From assembly GCA_045837725.1 (NCBI GenBank), contig JBEWZL010000006.1:248001-312000 (forward strand): 64,000 nucleotides of DNA. The letters are read 5' to 3'. The stretch is from Vermamoeba vermiformis. Taxonomy: Eukaryota. This document shows positions 12,918 through 25,660 of the stretch, piece after piece. A model generated the notes under the pieces. It ran no database searches. It was not told the DNA's origin and saw only the letters and a program-made list of their open reading frames with translations. The position numbers and the translations under genes were made by a program. Position 1 is the stretch's first letter, and each line of letters opens with the position of its first letter.

Positions 12918-13451
12918 TTACACGGAGTCCACGAGAGCGGCGAGATCGTTGAATTGCTTTGCAAAATTCTGCTCAAAATTAATACGATGCGAAATCCAGT
13001 AACTCGAAATTATACAAAAAAGTATATTTTAGCAAACGGGTATCGATGAAATGAGAAATTTGCTGAATTTAGTAAAATGCAAGGATCTACTTTTAGCCTG
13101 TTACGCGCGTGCTTACCTGAAATTCAGTAACATTTAATTCGAATGTGTGCGTTGATATGCGTTCGTCACTATCTGAAACACGAAGAGAAATCGTCACGAA
13201 AGGGCTGTTAAGCTTTTGGCAGTGGCTAGATTTGGTTGATACTCCGAGCTTCCAATCGAAAGATATCAGCTGGCCAATTTTAAATATTTTTTTGATGTTA
13301 TCCTAATTATAATACGATTAGTTTTGATCAATATGAGGTATAGAACCGGTTATTAATTATTATCATAAAAAATCGGCCGAAAGTTCTGAAAGCAAGCTAG
13401 CCAGTAAAAACCAGTCATATTTTATCTACGTACTGCTGATGACGACGCCAT
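12918..13451 (-). CDS. COMMD6: COMM domain protein 6 (three exons; absent from the ORF track)
   Basis: Spliced product MASSSA|LISFDWKLGVSTKSSHCQKLNSPFVTISLRVSDSDERISTHTFELNVTEFQ|NFAKQFNDLAALVDSV*. This is a COMM-only protein of about 73 aa, matching the COMMD6 pattern (WKLG...P.V...FE....FQNF). Confidence 0.9.
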
Positions 13452-13589
13452 ATTTTATAATACAAATAAATATCAAAATTAAGATAGCCTCGTGGGCTTT
13501 CGTCCTTTGCAAAAGTGAAGTCACTGAAAAAACTAATTTTTGTTATTTTATAACGAGCACACGAACCCTATAACACAGTTCTATTGAAA

Positions 13590-14706
13590 ATGTTTTGTGC
13601 TCGTGCAAGTTCTTTATTTATTAAAACCCTGACGTCCAGCCAAGCTCCGATCGGATTAACAAGCCGAATCGCGTCCAGAAGCTTTATCACCAACGCCAAA
13701 AAATTCAATAATATTAAAACAACGAACACAAAGGTTCTTATAGCATGCGGCGCACCCAAATCATTATTTTCGAATAAGGCTATCAGAGCCCAGCTCAGAT
13801 CTGGCTCGATCAACGGAGTCCTCATTATGCAACGCAGAAACTACACAGAACTCTCCGAAACCGAGAAAAAAGAAAAAGCACAAATAGCAGCACGCAAACT
13901 TGGCCGCGGACTCATGACACTGGCTTTCTGGGGTGGTCTCACGTGGCTCGTGTTCAAGTACCTGCATCCAGTCGCAATTGGCATCTATTGCGTTGGTGCT
14001 GGTCTATATTGGCTAGCTAAGGGCGCGTCATTCGGATTCCAATACTACCTTCGAAAACGACTGGCAGAGGATGTCCATCTGTTGCCAAATCTGCACGATA
14101 TATTGCGACAAAACAGAGAGCTATTGTCCAAATCGATCGGTAATTTTACTATGCCCCAAATGGAGCAAATTGTTTCGTGGCGAGCTCGTTCTCCTGGTGC
14201 TCCATCTACCGAGCCCGAGTTTTTGCATTACACTACCTATGTTAAGGGAGACAAGAGTCGTTTATGGCTGCGTGCACGAGGTAATTATCATAATTAATAG
14301 AAATACTCGAATTGGAAATCATTGAAACGAGATCTGCATCTGCGATCTTCTCGGACCGTTTCTTCGCTTACAGTTCATTAACCGTTCCTATGAATGCATA
14401 GGCTTCCAACAAGGCGACACTTGGGTCTTAGAAAAGGTCTTAGTTGACGTACTCACCTCAGAGGCTGACAAAAAGCTCCGCAAAGAGGAAGAAGAGATCG
14501 AGGCTGGCACTTACAAGCGCGAAGATAACGAAGACAAGACTGAAGAGGATCCTCGTGCTTACTTCACTAGCGAGACTATTACTTTGTACGACCTTAAGCC
14601 TGAAAGCAAGGTCGTTGATTTGGATGCTGATCAGATCGAGGTGCTCGAGAAAGAAACCAAACAAAAGATTGAGCAGTTGAAGAAGGACGACGAATTCAAG
14701 GTCTAA
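13590..14706 (+). CDS. Probable mitochondrial membrane protein (presequence + two TM helices); possibly Tim21/Coa1-like C-terminal fold
   Basis: Arg/Ser-rich, acid-free N-terminus; hydrophobic segments LMTLAFWGGLTWLVF and VAIGIYCVGAGLYWL; intron at about 14281-14401; beta-rich YVKGDKSRLWLRARGFQQGDTWVLEKVLVDV. The family assignment is a weak inference. Confidence 0.6.
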
Positions 14707-14796
14707 TTCGGCGAATAAAATGATGTAATTAATAAAAGTAAGGTTGCGGTTATAAGGCTGAGTTGAAAATTCCTTGTTTTTGAACGAATTGCGCGA

Positions 14797-17125
14797 ATGG
14801 AACACCACGCATCCGGGCCAGACGAGGATAATAACAATAACAAACCAGATGGATATACTCAAAAGGCATACAAAAATGAGGAAGAGGCCCGGATTATGCA
14901 AGCAAAGGCCTCAATTCTGGATTTGAACAAGTTTTCCTCCATCCACTTTAATCTAACGCTGAGCGACATAGATCAGCCTTGGTTTCATCGGAACGCGTCT
15001 CGCGATGATGCCATGGATAGATTAAAGGACCAGGATATCGGCACGTTCTTAATCAGGCCTAGCTCTCATCCTGGCTGCTATGCAATGTCGTGGGTCGACG
15101 AGAAAAGCCAAATCCGTCACAACTTGATTTATAACAAATACCCTGGCTTTACATTGAATGTAAATAACGGCGGTGAAGATCAAATATACGCCAGCTTAAC
15201 ACAACTCGTGCAACAAAGCAGTTTTTTGGCCAAGTACATCCCTAACACAGAAAATACAAGCAAAAATTTGACTAGATCAAGGTAAGCATAATATTAAAAT
15301 ATATATTGAATTTTTATGAGGGTACGTCTTTATGATTGACCGGATTTCGGATCTCCGAAAAAATCTTCCGTTATTTTAGCTTTGTGCAATTACAAAAGTA
15401 TTTATAACTCAATACAATATTTTTTAAATAATATACACGAGTAATTTATCACAACATTTAATTAAAATAGTCGGTTGTATTGACCCTTTTTTAGTGGCGA
15501 GCTCGTTTCAAAAATCATAGAGAAGACAGTTCAAAATGAAGAAGCATTTAAATCTTTAACATGGGCGCTGACCATATTAGAAGGTAATCATTTAATTAGC
15601 CATCAATGTATATTTTCGGCTCGATCGGCGTAAAATTTGTCTCATTTTTGGACTTCGTTGTCCATTCGCGTAGTAGTAGTATAGCAGTATTAATATCTTA
15701 TACAACGTGCATAATATTTTTAAATTTATCGGTCTCATAATTGGAGATTGGATCCGATTTTTGCCATGATTAAAAAAACTGAAACGATTTGTCGATAATA
15801 ACGGTATTTTTATTTTACTACTAGGCCCTGATACATATTCGAAACCTGAAAAATGCGAAAAGCGGACTTACATCCGATGCTGTGAAGAAGAATACGTTGC
15901 ACCGGATCTTGTCAAATTTGATAGGTTTCTAGCAAAAGCAATATTTAAGCCACTGCGACACAACACGAATTTGACTTCATTAGTGCTGAAAGGCCACGAA
16001 GGATTTATGCGCGTGAATTTTACGCCGAATATTGGTGACGAAGAGATGAAATATCTATGTAAATGCTTGCGATGGAACAACACAATTACGCATTTGGATT
16101 TAAGTTCGAATAATATTGGCGACTCTGGAGCAAAGCTATTGGCGGCAGTATTAAAAGAGAATAGGCAGAGTCGATTAAGAAAAATCAATTTGAAACAAAA
16201 TTTCATCAGATCTGCTGGATTAGCAGCCCTAGCAGAATCATTAAGCAGCAATAAGAATATAGAAGTATTAGAACTAGGCAATCAATTCACCATCAACACA
16301 TTGACAAAGTCAGTGACACTAAGTTCAGATCGATACGAGAAGTTATTGGTCTCATTGATAGAAGACACGTTAGAGAGAAAACGAGAATTATTATCGGACA
16401 ATAATTGTTTTCATCGATATTTGCAGCCATTTGAAGCCGAAGAAAAAGTACGGAACCAAAATGCCGTGGGGACATTTTTGTTCTACATCAAACAATCAGC
16501 TCCCGGAATTATTTTCGTCTGTTATTCGACGTTAGATGATAAGAAACAAGTCCAATATGTCCATAAGGTAAGAAAATATTTTTAAATTTAAATTACAACA
16601 TTTTCCAGATCCAAATATTTTTTGGATCAAAAACTAAATCCGCTACTTAGAGGCACTATTTTTACCAATTAAAGTCCCATTACATATATTGTTATTGTCG
16701 TATTATTTTGGGTGCTAACGAGCGTTGTATTATTTTAGGAAATCTTTAGGACGACTTGCGGCTACAGTTTCATTAGGCACGACAGTACTATTAGCGTGCA
16801 CAGTCTATTTGACACGTGTGCGTGGTACATGTGCGCATTGCCCGATTTGTCATTATTCCTGGATAATTTTCCTGGAGATATCGAACAAAAAGTAGGCGAG
16901 ATGCAAGATCTGTCTATTTTATGGGCCATTAGAGGCGTGCCTGATCAAAAAGTGGATCCTATAGCCTTTAGGAAGGGTTCATATCCTACTTTAAATTATT
17001 TAGTACAACGTAACATCAGCTCGTTGCGACATCCGGTGGCGGTAACGTCAAAGAATACTAACGATAATACGAACGGTGATGGACTTAATAATGTTAATAA
17101 GAGTTTGCGAAACTACTCATTGTAA
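14797..17125 (+). CDS. SH2 - RI-type LRR - divergent SH2 protein, multi-exon
   Basis: SH2: WFHRNASRDDAMDRLKDQDIGTFLIRPSSHPGCYAMSW. LRRs: ITHLDLSSNNIGDSGAKLLA, LRKINLKQNFIRSAGLAALA. Second SH2-like segment: CFHRYLQPFEAEEKVRNQNAVGTFLFYIKQSAPG. Confidence 0.85.
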
Positions 17126-17273
17126 AAATTTTGTTAAATAAACCTTCAGACAATACAAAATAAATTTCGTAAGGCGATTTTATTTAATTTTTATTTGAAA
17201 ACAATACAACAACCGTTGGCTTGTATTTTTAGTTTTATTGAATCAACTTGCAGTAGGAGACAATATATCAAAT

Positions 17274-19218
17274 ATGAGCCATTATAACGAGCTTGTAAAA
17301 GGTAAGCAACGGCAAGTTTAAAAAAAAACGTTCAACTTGATCTAACCTCAATTCTAGTGCTTCTAATTGGCGATGAGCAAGTCGGCAAATCCTGTATTTT
17401 ACATAGATTTTCAGACGATAGCTACTCGGACCAGTATATTTCTACAATCGGAGTTGACTTCGCGGTGCGCGCACTAATGACAACAGGCACAAACAACTTT
17501 GACTCTAGACCCAAAAAAATGCAAGTATGGGATACAGGTAATTTTATATTATTTAAAACTTATTATCTGCAATTAAGGACCATGAATCTGAAGAAATTTA
17601 ATTTTTTTTTATTTATTTGAACAGCCGGCCAGGAGAGATTTCGTACCATTACATCTTCGTACTACCGTGGAGCACAGTTTGTATTTGTGGTCTATGATAT
17701 TACCGTTAGAGCTACGTTTGAGAACATACAGACCATTTGGTTGAACGAAGTTTTCAAATTCGCCCATGAATCGGTACAAATCGCATTGGTCGGCAATAAA
17801 GCGGGTAATTATAATCATAGCTAAGATATTATAATTGTCTTCGAAAGCTCTAATTTTGAAATTTTAAAATTTAGATCTTCGTGATTTACGCCAGGTCCCA
17901 ACTGAAGAAGCTGCTGAATGGGCTGCATCTAAAAATATTCAATTCATTGAAGTTTCCGCGAAAGACGGTCAAGAAGAAGGAAGAGTCTTGCAATTATTTC
18001 AATGGGCTGCTGACGGTAAGTCTTGGATGCGGTTCAAGTTAATTTTTCAAATAATAAATCTAATAAATTCGTCATTGTATAGCATCGGAAACGACCACCA
18101 AAAAATTATCGCCCTCGGTGGTAGAAGAAAGCACACATTGGATCAAAAAAATTCTGCCGTTCTTCGATCAATTCAAACACTACAAGCCTTTAGCCAAGCT
18201 CACCGCTCCTAAATTGGAAGACCCGAATGTGCAGCAATGGATCGAAATGAACGCGCAACAATTGACGCCAGAGGTACTCACGAAGATGTACCATGCTGTG
18301 CATCTAGGCACGTACGACAGAAAAGGCGTGACCGTCCAACAAGCCGTCTATTTGTGCTTGTTGGGTTCAGCTATAGGTTGCGACCAGCTAGCGGGAATAG
18401 CGCTGAATGATTTGGAGCGGTTGCGCGCTGAAACGATAGATGTGATGAGCGTGCCCAAGTTGATTGAAGATTCTTCCGTAGTTAATACCCAGCTGGCACT
18501 CACAGCGATTACCACGCAATTGAGTGTTGCGCTTGCTGCTGACAAACGAGGAAAGATTCCGGAAATTCCAAAGTTCGAGCAACAATGGCGCCAGCTGATT
18601 GGTCGATTGTACGATGAGCGAGATTCAACGGGAGATGTCACGGTGATTGTAGAAGACAAGGCATATAAGGCACACAAATTGGTTCTTATTTACAACTGCG
18701 ACTTCTTTGCCAGCTGTTTGATGAGTAATTTCATCGAGGCCGACCGAGGTACTTTGCGCCTATAATGCTCGTATCCTATAACATCTATTAATATGTTATT
18801 TCTAGCCGAGGTTAAGCTCGACAATGAGGTCACAATAGCTGCTTGGGAGAGTTTGTTGAATTACTTCTACAAGTTTGACATGGCACACATTACCGACACT
18901 AACATTTGTTTGGAAATTTTAACCTGCGCTCCGTACTTGATGCTGACTAGCGAGGCCAAGTCCCCCGTCACTCACATCAGTCTTTTGAAGCACTGCGAGG
19001 ATACTGCTTACAATAGCATTACTGATGAAACTGCCTTAGAGCTGTTATTGTCCGCGCATCAGAACGAAGATCAGATCGCCAGAAAAGTGGTGAAAAAGTA
19101 CATTATCAACAATTACTTCAGGTTGTTGGATACTTACGAAAGCGAATTCACAAAGTTGCCGAAGCCTTTGATGTTTTCTGTGTTGAACGATCTGATTTTG
19201 CAAACAGCGAAGAAATAA
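17274..19218 (+). CDS. Rab-type small GTPase fused to BTB/POZ domain(s) (paralog A)
   Basis: Exons give [45 protein letters not shown] and EVSAK, and splice in frame into the 18118 ORF with BTB motif [37 protein letters not shown] and [10 protein letters not shown]. No stop between the domains. Confidence 0.88.
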
Positions 19219-19326
19219 TAAAAGGGGCTGAAAAAGCAAATCTTTTTTTGTCAACTTAATCGTGTGATACAACGACAGTATATTTAAGTTCAATACATAT
19301 AATTTCAGGCACTAGAGGCCTTTAAA

Positions 19327-21005
19327 ATGGTAATGCTGCTTACTGTAACGAACGGATTCGATAATTTTATTAATTACCCTGTTAACGCTATAAAATGAGA
19401 TTTTAATTTTTAAAATAGAACAAACTTCCTAGAGAGATTTTAGTTCATGTATTGCGCTTTTCAGAAGAGCCATCTGCCACAAAAAATTGTCGATCGACTT
19501 GCAAAACACTTTATCAGCTCTTGATGGCCGAAAAATCGCAATTTATAATCAAAGCAATGCCAGTAAATGCATTAGAGTCATTATCAGCGATGTTGACTAG
19601 ATCCACAAAGAAAATCGAGTTGATCCTTCGTGCACCAACCCTTGCCGTGCAACGAGTGCCCAACAAATTCATGAATGGACTGACTAGCTTGACGAACTTA
19701 ACGGGATTGGATATTTTAGAGTGGCGAAATCTCCCTAGAGCTGCTCTAATGAAACTTTTGCAAATGACAAATCTTGAACGGCTATCAATGAACCAATCGG
19801 ACATCAATCTATCCTCATTATATAATATATCACAGCTGGAACTGCATCGCATTCCTGTGTTTCCCAAAATGCCGCTGCCCTTCACGAATCTGCAGGATCT
19901 TACAGTAACGCCCATTTCTCCAGATCTCATCGAAGGGCTTTCAGGCTTTTCAAAATTGACGCGATTGCATCTAGGTTGTGATTGGGGCAATGACGTACCT
20001 GTTGCTGTATTTAATTTGATGGCAATGTCGAAGTTGAAAGATCTCAACATTTCATCAGTCCAAGAATACCGATTACCAAAAATCAAATTGATAGCGTCAT
20101 GCACGACACTAGAGTCATTAGATATGGACCTTCACGTTGAAGAAGTTGATGTCGATTGGATCTCGTCTAATACACAATTAACGAGGTTTCATGTCAGATG
20201 TGATTACAGCGATCCAATGAAATTTCATCCGTTGACGAGATTACACAATATATCATCAGCACGATTCATTCATGAAAATGCAGCGAGCTTATTAGGCAAT
20301 TGTAGACTGAAGACGTTGGATCTCGATTTTTATTTTTCTCACCATGCGAATTTGCATGGCTGTATTACCTGCACTACAATAGAGTCGTTAAAATGCAGAT
20401 CTTATCCGAGCCATTTATCAACGTCATTATCAAACCTAACGGAGTTGATCTGCTACAATCACTATCCGTCCCCACCAACGAGCTTGAAAGTATTACGTGC
20501 AGATCGAGAACCCAGCAATATTTTGCAAATGACGAGACTAGAGGCGCTTAGTTATAGCAGTTTAGTGGACGATACTCTTCAATTTGAGGCTCAAAAGTTT
20601 ACGCATCTGACACGAATTGAAGTTATGCTCAACACTGAACGATCGTTTCTAGCGCTGAAAAGTTTATCCAATACATTGTCGCTGAAAGAACTGTACATTT
20701 CAATGAAAGAGAAATATGATTGGTCGAATCTTCGCCCCCAAACATATTTTTTGACGACATTAACCAACTTGGAAGTACTCCATACATGGTCGTTTCACAT
20801 ACCATTGGCAGTATTCGATAACATCGTCGATAGTCATACTAAATTAACGCGACTACGAGTCAATTGCAGCGAATCAACCGGATCCAATTTGACGCGATTG
20901 ACGAACTTACAAGAATTGGTTTTTTATTCAGCGCGTCCAATGAAAGGATTGAAAATGATTCTCGAAGAAAAATTGCCTCGTTTATCTGCGGATATACAAG
21001 TATAG
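19327..21005 (+). CDS. F-box + leucine-rich repeat protein
   Basis: ATG at 19327, intron 19330-19418, then NKLPREILVHVLRFSEEPSATKNCRSTCKTLYQLL (F-box-like) in frame with the 517 aa LRR ORF (LTSLTNLTGLDI, LTTLTNLEVL, LTRLTNLQEL). Confidence 0.85.
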
Positions 21006-21205
21006 TACTGAAACTTGATTTAAGAATAAATCATAATTTTTATCTCGTTTTGTTCAAGATCTGTGTGGGAAGTTCCCAAAAAGAATGAATTTGTTTAAAC
21101 TACTCTTACGTAAGGATTCCTATTAGTGAATGTGTAAGCATCTTTAATGCGGAGAAATCCTTTCGATTTACGAGAAAAATCAATTCTTTTATTATTGCAT
21201 CCAAG

Positions 21206-21727
21206 TTATTGATTAATGGGCAAATTTGATGTCATATTTCTTGTTGGCTCTCTTCTTCCAACGGCTTTGTAGATAAATTTGATATCGGGCAGAGCCGGGC
21301 GTCGAAGAATTTGAAGCAGATCTAATACTTGTTGCTTAAGCCCAGGGTTTCCTCCAGTACTCATTACTTGTCGAATTAAGCTGTCCATTTGAGCTGATCT
21401 GAACCTGAAAGAAAAGCGGTTAATTGCCGCCCATCAAGACTGTCAAAAATAGATTGATTGACGCAGAATTGGCGTAAAACACCAACGGTTGTTAAAAGCA
21501 TTATTCTAGAATATTAATATTACTGATAGTCACCTTAGCGATAGCTCACAGCGTTCCTTCTCTTTCACTAGTTTCTTTATCAGGCGAGACATGTTTGGTA
21601 GGTTGGATTCGACGATAACTCGAAACCCTTCAGCTACTGCTTGATTAATACTAATAACGATCTTATTGGTATATTTCGCCATGCTCTTCACCATGGTCTC
21701 TTCCCATAGCTGCAGTTGGTCGCTCAT
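21206..21727 (-). CDS. Hypothetical small protein (two exons)
   Basis: MSDQLQLWEETMVKSM...CELSLR joins in frame through a GTGACT...TTCAG intron to FRSAQMDSLIRQVMST...NLPINQ*. No domain recognised. Confidence 0.45.
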
Positions 21728-22363
21728 TGTTGCTTTTGTGGTGTTGCGTCTTGTTGCTTTGGCAAACTTCTGTTTGTGCGCGGTATTTATGTCTGGCAAA
21801 AGAAAAGAAGTATATTTAGGTTAAATATCGTATTCTTCACGTTGGTTTGTTGTGTCGTTCTATTCCGAATGCATCTCGGACTTAACCTCCGAGGAAAAAA
21901 TTCCTCCCCTAGGGCCCTTTTGACGTTGCGCTAGACCTACGTTGATGGAATGGTCATACCTATACGGCGAATAAACGTAGAATGATACGTAAGTGTGTAG
22001 CTGTGGTAGCAGTGCGGCACAACGCTGTTCCTAAATGGTTAACGTTAACTTCACTTCCCGATCATCAACTCAACGAGCTGCACCATTTCAGGCCTTCAAA
22101 TAACACGTATTGGATGACATTGCGGTCTAGTATTCATGCTCAGTTGAGGTCTCGTGATAACTTTGCCTGAAATGCCGAACACGTAATTAATTTTTGACTG
22201 TGTTCTTCTATTTTTTGTGCCTCGAGTTGTGAAACTTGTCATGTCCTGCGTCAGTCAACTTTGATTATATTATCAGACTACCAATTATAATTAAGTGTAA
22301 TATTCAATGGGAATTTATCTGCTCGCTATTCAAATAGAATCATAACTAGATCAATATTGCGCG

Positions 22364-24564
22364 TTAAATTTTTCCTTTCGTGGCTGTCTCGTGCTGAATG
22401 ACGCGGCTCATCAAGGAGAACATAATGCTCTTTGGCAATGCAGCCAATTGATTCTCGTACTTGGCAAATAACCTCTCGTAGTTAGTAACCCAATATTTCA
22501 TCGTGATTGATTTGTCGACCAGATCTCCTCTGTTCACAGCTGCCACGAGTCTATCCAAGGCCGTATCATCAGTAATACTACTGAATACTAAGTTGTGGCA
22601 ATGTTGCATCAAAAGCGTGTGATCACGTGACGGAAATGTAGGGGCGTTATTTGGATCAGTTAAAGTCAAGTACGAGCCAATGCTAAGAATTTCCAAGCAC
22701 TCCATGGGGTCAGTAATCGCTTTGAAATCACGTGTGTAGAAGTATTTTAGCAATTGTTCCCATGCACTGTTCGAAATATCTTTTTCAATTCTAACTTCCG
22801 CTGTGAAAAAAATAATCCGTCAATTTTTTGTTCAACGACCACCACGGAGAAACTAAATTTGTGCATTATAATGATTTATAAGAAGTTTTGAGTCAGAAGT
22901 ATACGTAAGAATAGATCACGTGCCGTGAATTTTTGGGAAGAATTCGAAAAGAAAAAAGAATCAAAATGTACGAATAAAATATAATTTGCATTAATTAATG
23001 TTCGAATATAGCAATGAGAATAGAGGGTGATTATTATAGTCGTTATATTAATATGACTTACTATGGTTGGGTAGTTCAAAGAACGGCGTTGCAAATGCCA
23101 AAATGACTTTGTGTGCCTTGTACTGGCGCGTATTGACAATCACAGTGAAATCTCCCGTTGTATCTCGCTCAGAATACAACTGACCAATCATATCGCGCCA
23201 TAATTCTGCACAATGTTTTCGTTCTTTCGGTTCAAATTCATAAACGCGTTCGATTAATAAATTCGCGGCTTGATTGAGGTCGACCACGGAATTATTCGGA
23301 ATTAATTTCGGAGAATTTTTGACCACGGCTTCAATCTCTGCTGCTCCGTCTCTTTTTGAACCAAAGTACTCCACCACTTTGTCGCCTAATAAGTCAAATT
23401 TGCAGGCGTGAGATACCAAATATAGATGCACCAAGTTATCATAGGTGGCACCTTTTTTCTCAAAACTGAAAAAATGAGCCATTGTCGCGAGTCTCTGAAG
23501 CACATCCGGGGTCAAAAAGTCATGGTTCCACGCAATCCAATCGATCACTTCCTGACGCAGCAATCCAGGGGCTATTAACTTCACGATTGGCTCGTAGATC
23601 TGCAAACCGGAATAATTGCGGAATAACTCGGGATTTTTCAACAATCCGATCATTCTATTGGTCCAAACTGTGTCTTCGGTCTCGAGCATTAAAATCTTTT
23701 TGCGTTCTTCTACGGGCAGTTCTAACACTAAGATAACCATACTTAGTTAATAAATTACTACAAGTAAACTACAAAGAGAAAAAATACGTTTTTTGAACGA
23801 GCGAATCTGGATCGTTACTAAATTTAAAAATAAATATTACTTACAATCGACCACCCACTGGAACAATTTAATCACTCCTTCTTGACCCTCTTTCGCGGAA
23901 ATTTCCATAAAGTGGCATTGGTGCTTGGCTGCTAATGCTTCGCCTTCTTCTGACTTGACTTGTCTTTTTTTGCCCAGATCTAGCAATAGTGTGTTAGAAT
24001 TAACTTAGGTAACATTGTATATAATATGTTACCTATCTTATTTCCGACGATGAATACTGCTGTGTTTGGACCCGCTTGTTGTTTGGATTGGTTGATCCAA
24101 TGATTTTCGATTGACTCGAAGGATGATCGCTCAGTGACGTCATAAACAAGAATTAGTACAATAGAGCCGCGCACATAGGAGGTTGTTATGCTTCTGAAAC
24201 GTTCTTGGCCGGCTAAAGGTACATCCGTTAATCAAATTTAAATTTTCAAATAAATCCTAAAATTATTACAAAAATATTACGATCACTTACCAGTATCCCA
24301 TATTTGCAATTTTCTAATATTATTTCTGTTTTGCGTACAGCGAAGCAGTTTTGTTTGAAATTCAACGCCGATCGTTGAGACGTAGGCCTCGGTAAAAGCA
24401 TTTACAGCAAATTGATTGGCAATATTACTCTTGCCTACACCTGCATCGCCCATAAGGCACACTAAAAATCGAATTATTTTACGTTTTCGATCGAGTCTTC
24501 AGCAGCTGAACTTACTTTTTAACGTTGTAGCGTTATTTCTTTCATCCTCGGTAAACTCCTCCAT
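22364..24564 (-). CDS. Rab-type small GTPase fused to BTB/POZ domain(s) (paralog B)
   Basis: [59 protein letters not shown]; then LYSERDTTGDFTVIVNTRQYKAHKVILAFATPFF and AWEQLLKYFY. Clearly homologous to paralog A. Confidence 0.88.
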
Positions 24565-24684
24565 TTGTGGATATTACTAGTTAATAATATTGTAATAAGT
24601 TCCAAACGTCCCTCAATTTTTTTACGACTTTTTTTTCAAGCGATTTTCAGATAAAGGCGAGGTCTCAAAAAAACGATTATTTGT

Positions 24685-25576
24685 TTATAAACGCTTGCTT
24701 AGGGCATATATGGTTAATACATGACGCAGGGCAAAGCCTAACATGAGATTGGAAGCTGCTAAGCCGTAATGAAACAAATCTACTCTTTTCAGCGATCCGA
24801 TCTTGCCTTCTGTTCCAATAGCGAGTCCTGATACGACGTATAATACAGCTCCTGCAACTCCGAGGTATTGTGAGGTCAATACAGACTAAAACGGTAAAGT
24901 TAGATCTCGATCGAGAAAAAAAAGTTCAGTACTTACGCCAGCAATAGCACAAATAATACCAATTAATGGAGCAAGTGTTTGCCAGCCATTGAATTTTAAA
25001 TAATAGAAAAATGCTGCGGCCAAGCAGAAAGTGATGGCGAAATAGACCGACAACTTCAACGTGAGCATATCTTTTTCAAAGTGGAGGAAGGCGATGCCCA
25101 TTAATGGTACTCCTATGGTAGTCGCGGCTATACTGCTCACATACAATGTTAATACGAATATTGTAATGCTTTGAAATACCGTAATTGAATTTCGAAAGTG
25201 ACATCCAATTTTTAGTTGCGTCATGAAGCAGTAAAATAAAATAAAATAGTATACAAACGTAATATTATTCATAATCACGATAAAATATTAAGTAGATCGA
25301 TTACCTTGCAAGTTTGTGAAAGAGATTCAGCTGATGCAGACCAGAAAATTTGAATACGCCAATAAACGCGGCCAGGCCAATAATTAAAAATCCAAAATAT
25401 CCAATAAAGGTATTAAGGTTCATGAATGCGCAGCCAAAACTTGCTATTGCTAAGACTGCATCTGAAATTGCTGTTGATACTTGAGGTGCTGTTTGTTTGA
25501 TTTCATCTTTGACCTCTTTAATGGCACTAGCGGCCTCTTTCTTTAAATTTGCGATTTTTCTCGCTCTTGAGGACAT
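24685..25576 (-). CDS. Multi-pass membrane protein (DUF6962/TMEM276-like), three exons
   Basis: STAISDAVLAIASF, GFLIIGLAAFIGVFKFSG, several further hydrophobic helices and C-terminal VDLFHYGLA. Family assignment from remembered motif resemblance only. Confidence 0.6.
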
Positions 25577-25660
25577 TGGTCCCTTTGTGTAATAATTTAG
25601 TCGTTTTTTTTTTAATCACACAAAACCCGCCATTTTAATTTGAAAGATCCAAACGCGAAG

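Noticed and set aside
21875-21916. Small hairpins and CTTAACCTCCGAGG, similar to the reverse complement of 39464-39478
   Set aside because: A gapped 14-mer match is expected by chance in 64 kb, and no extended homology is visible.
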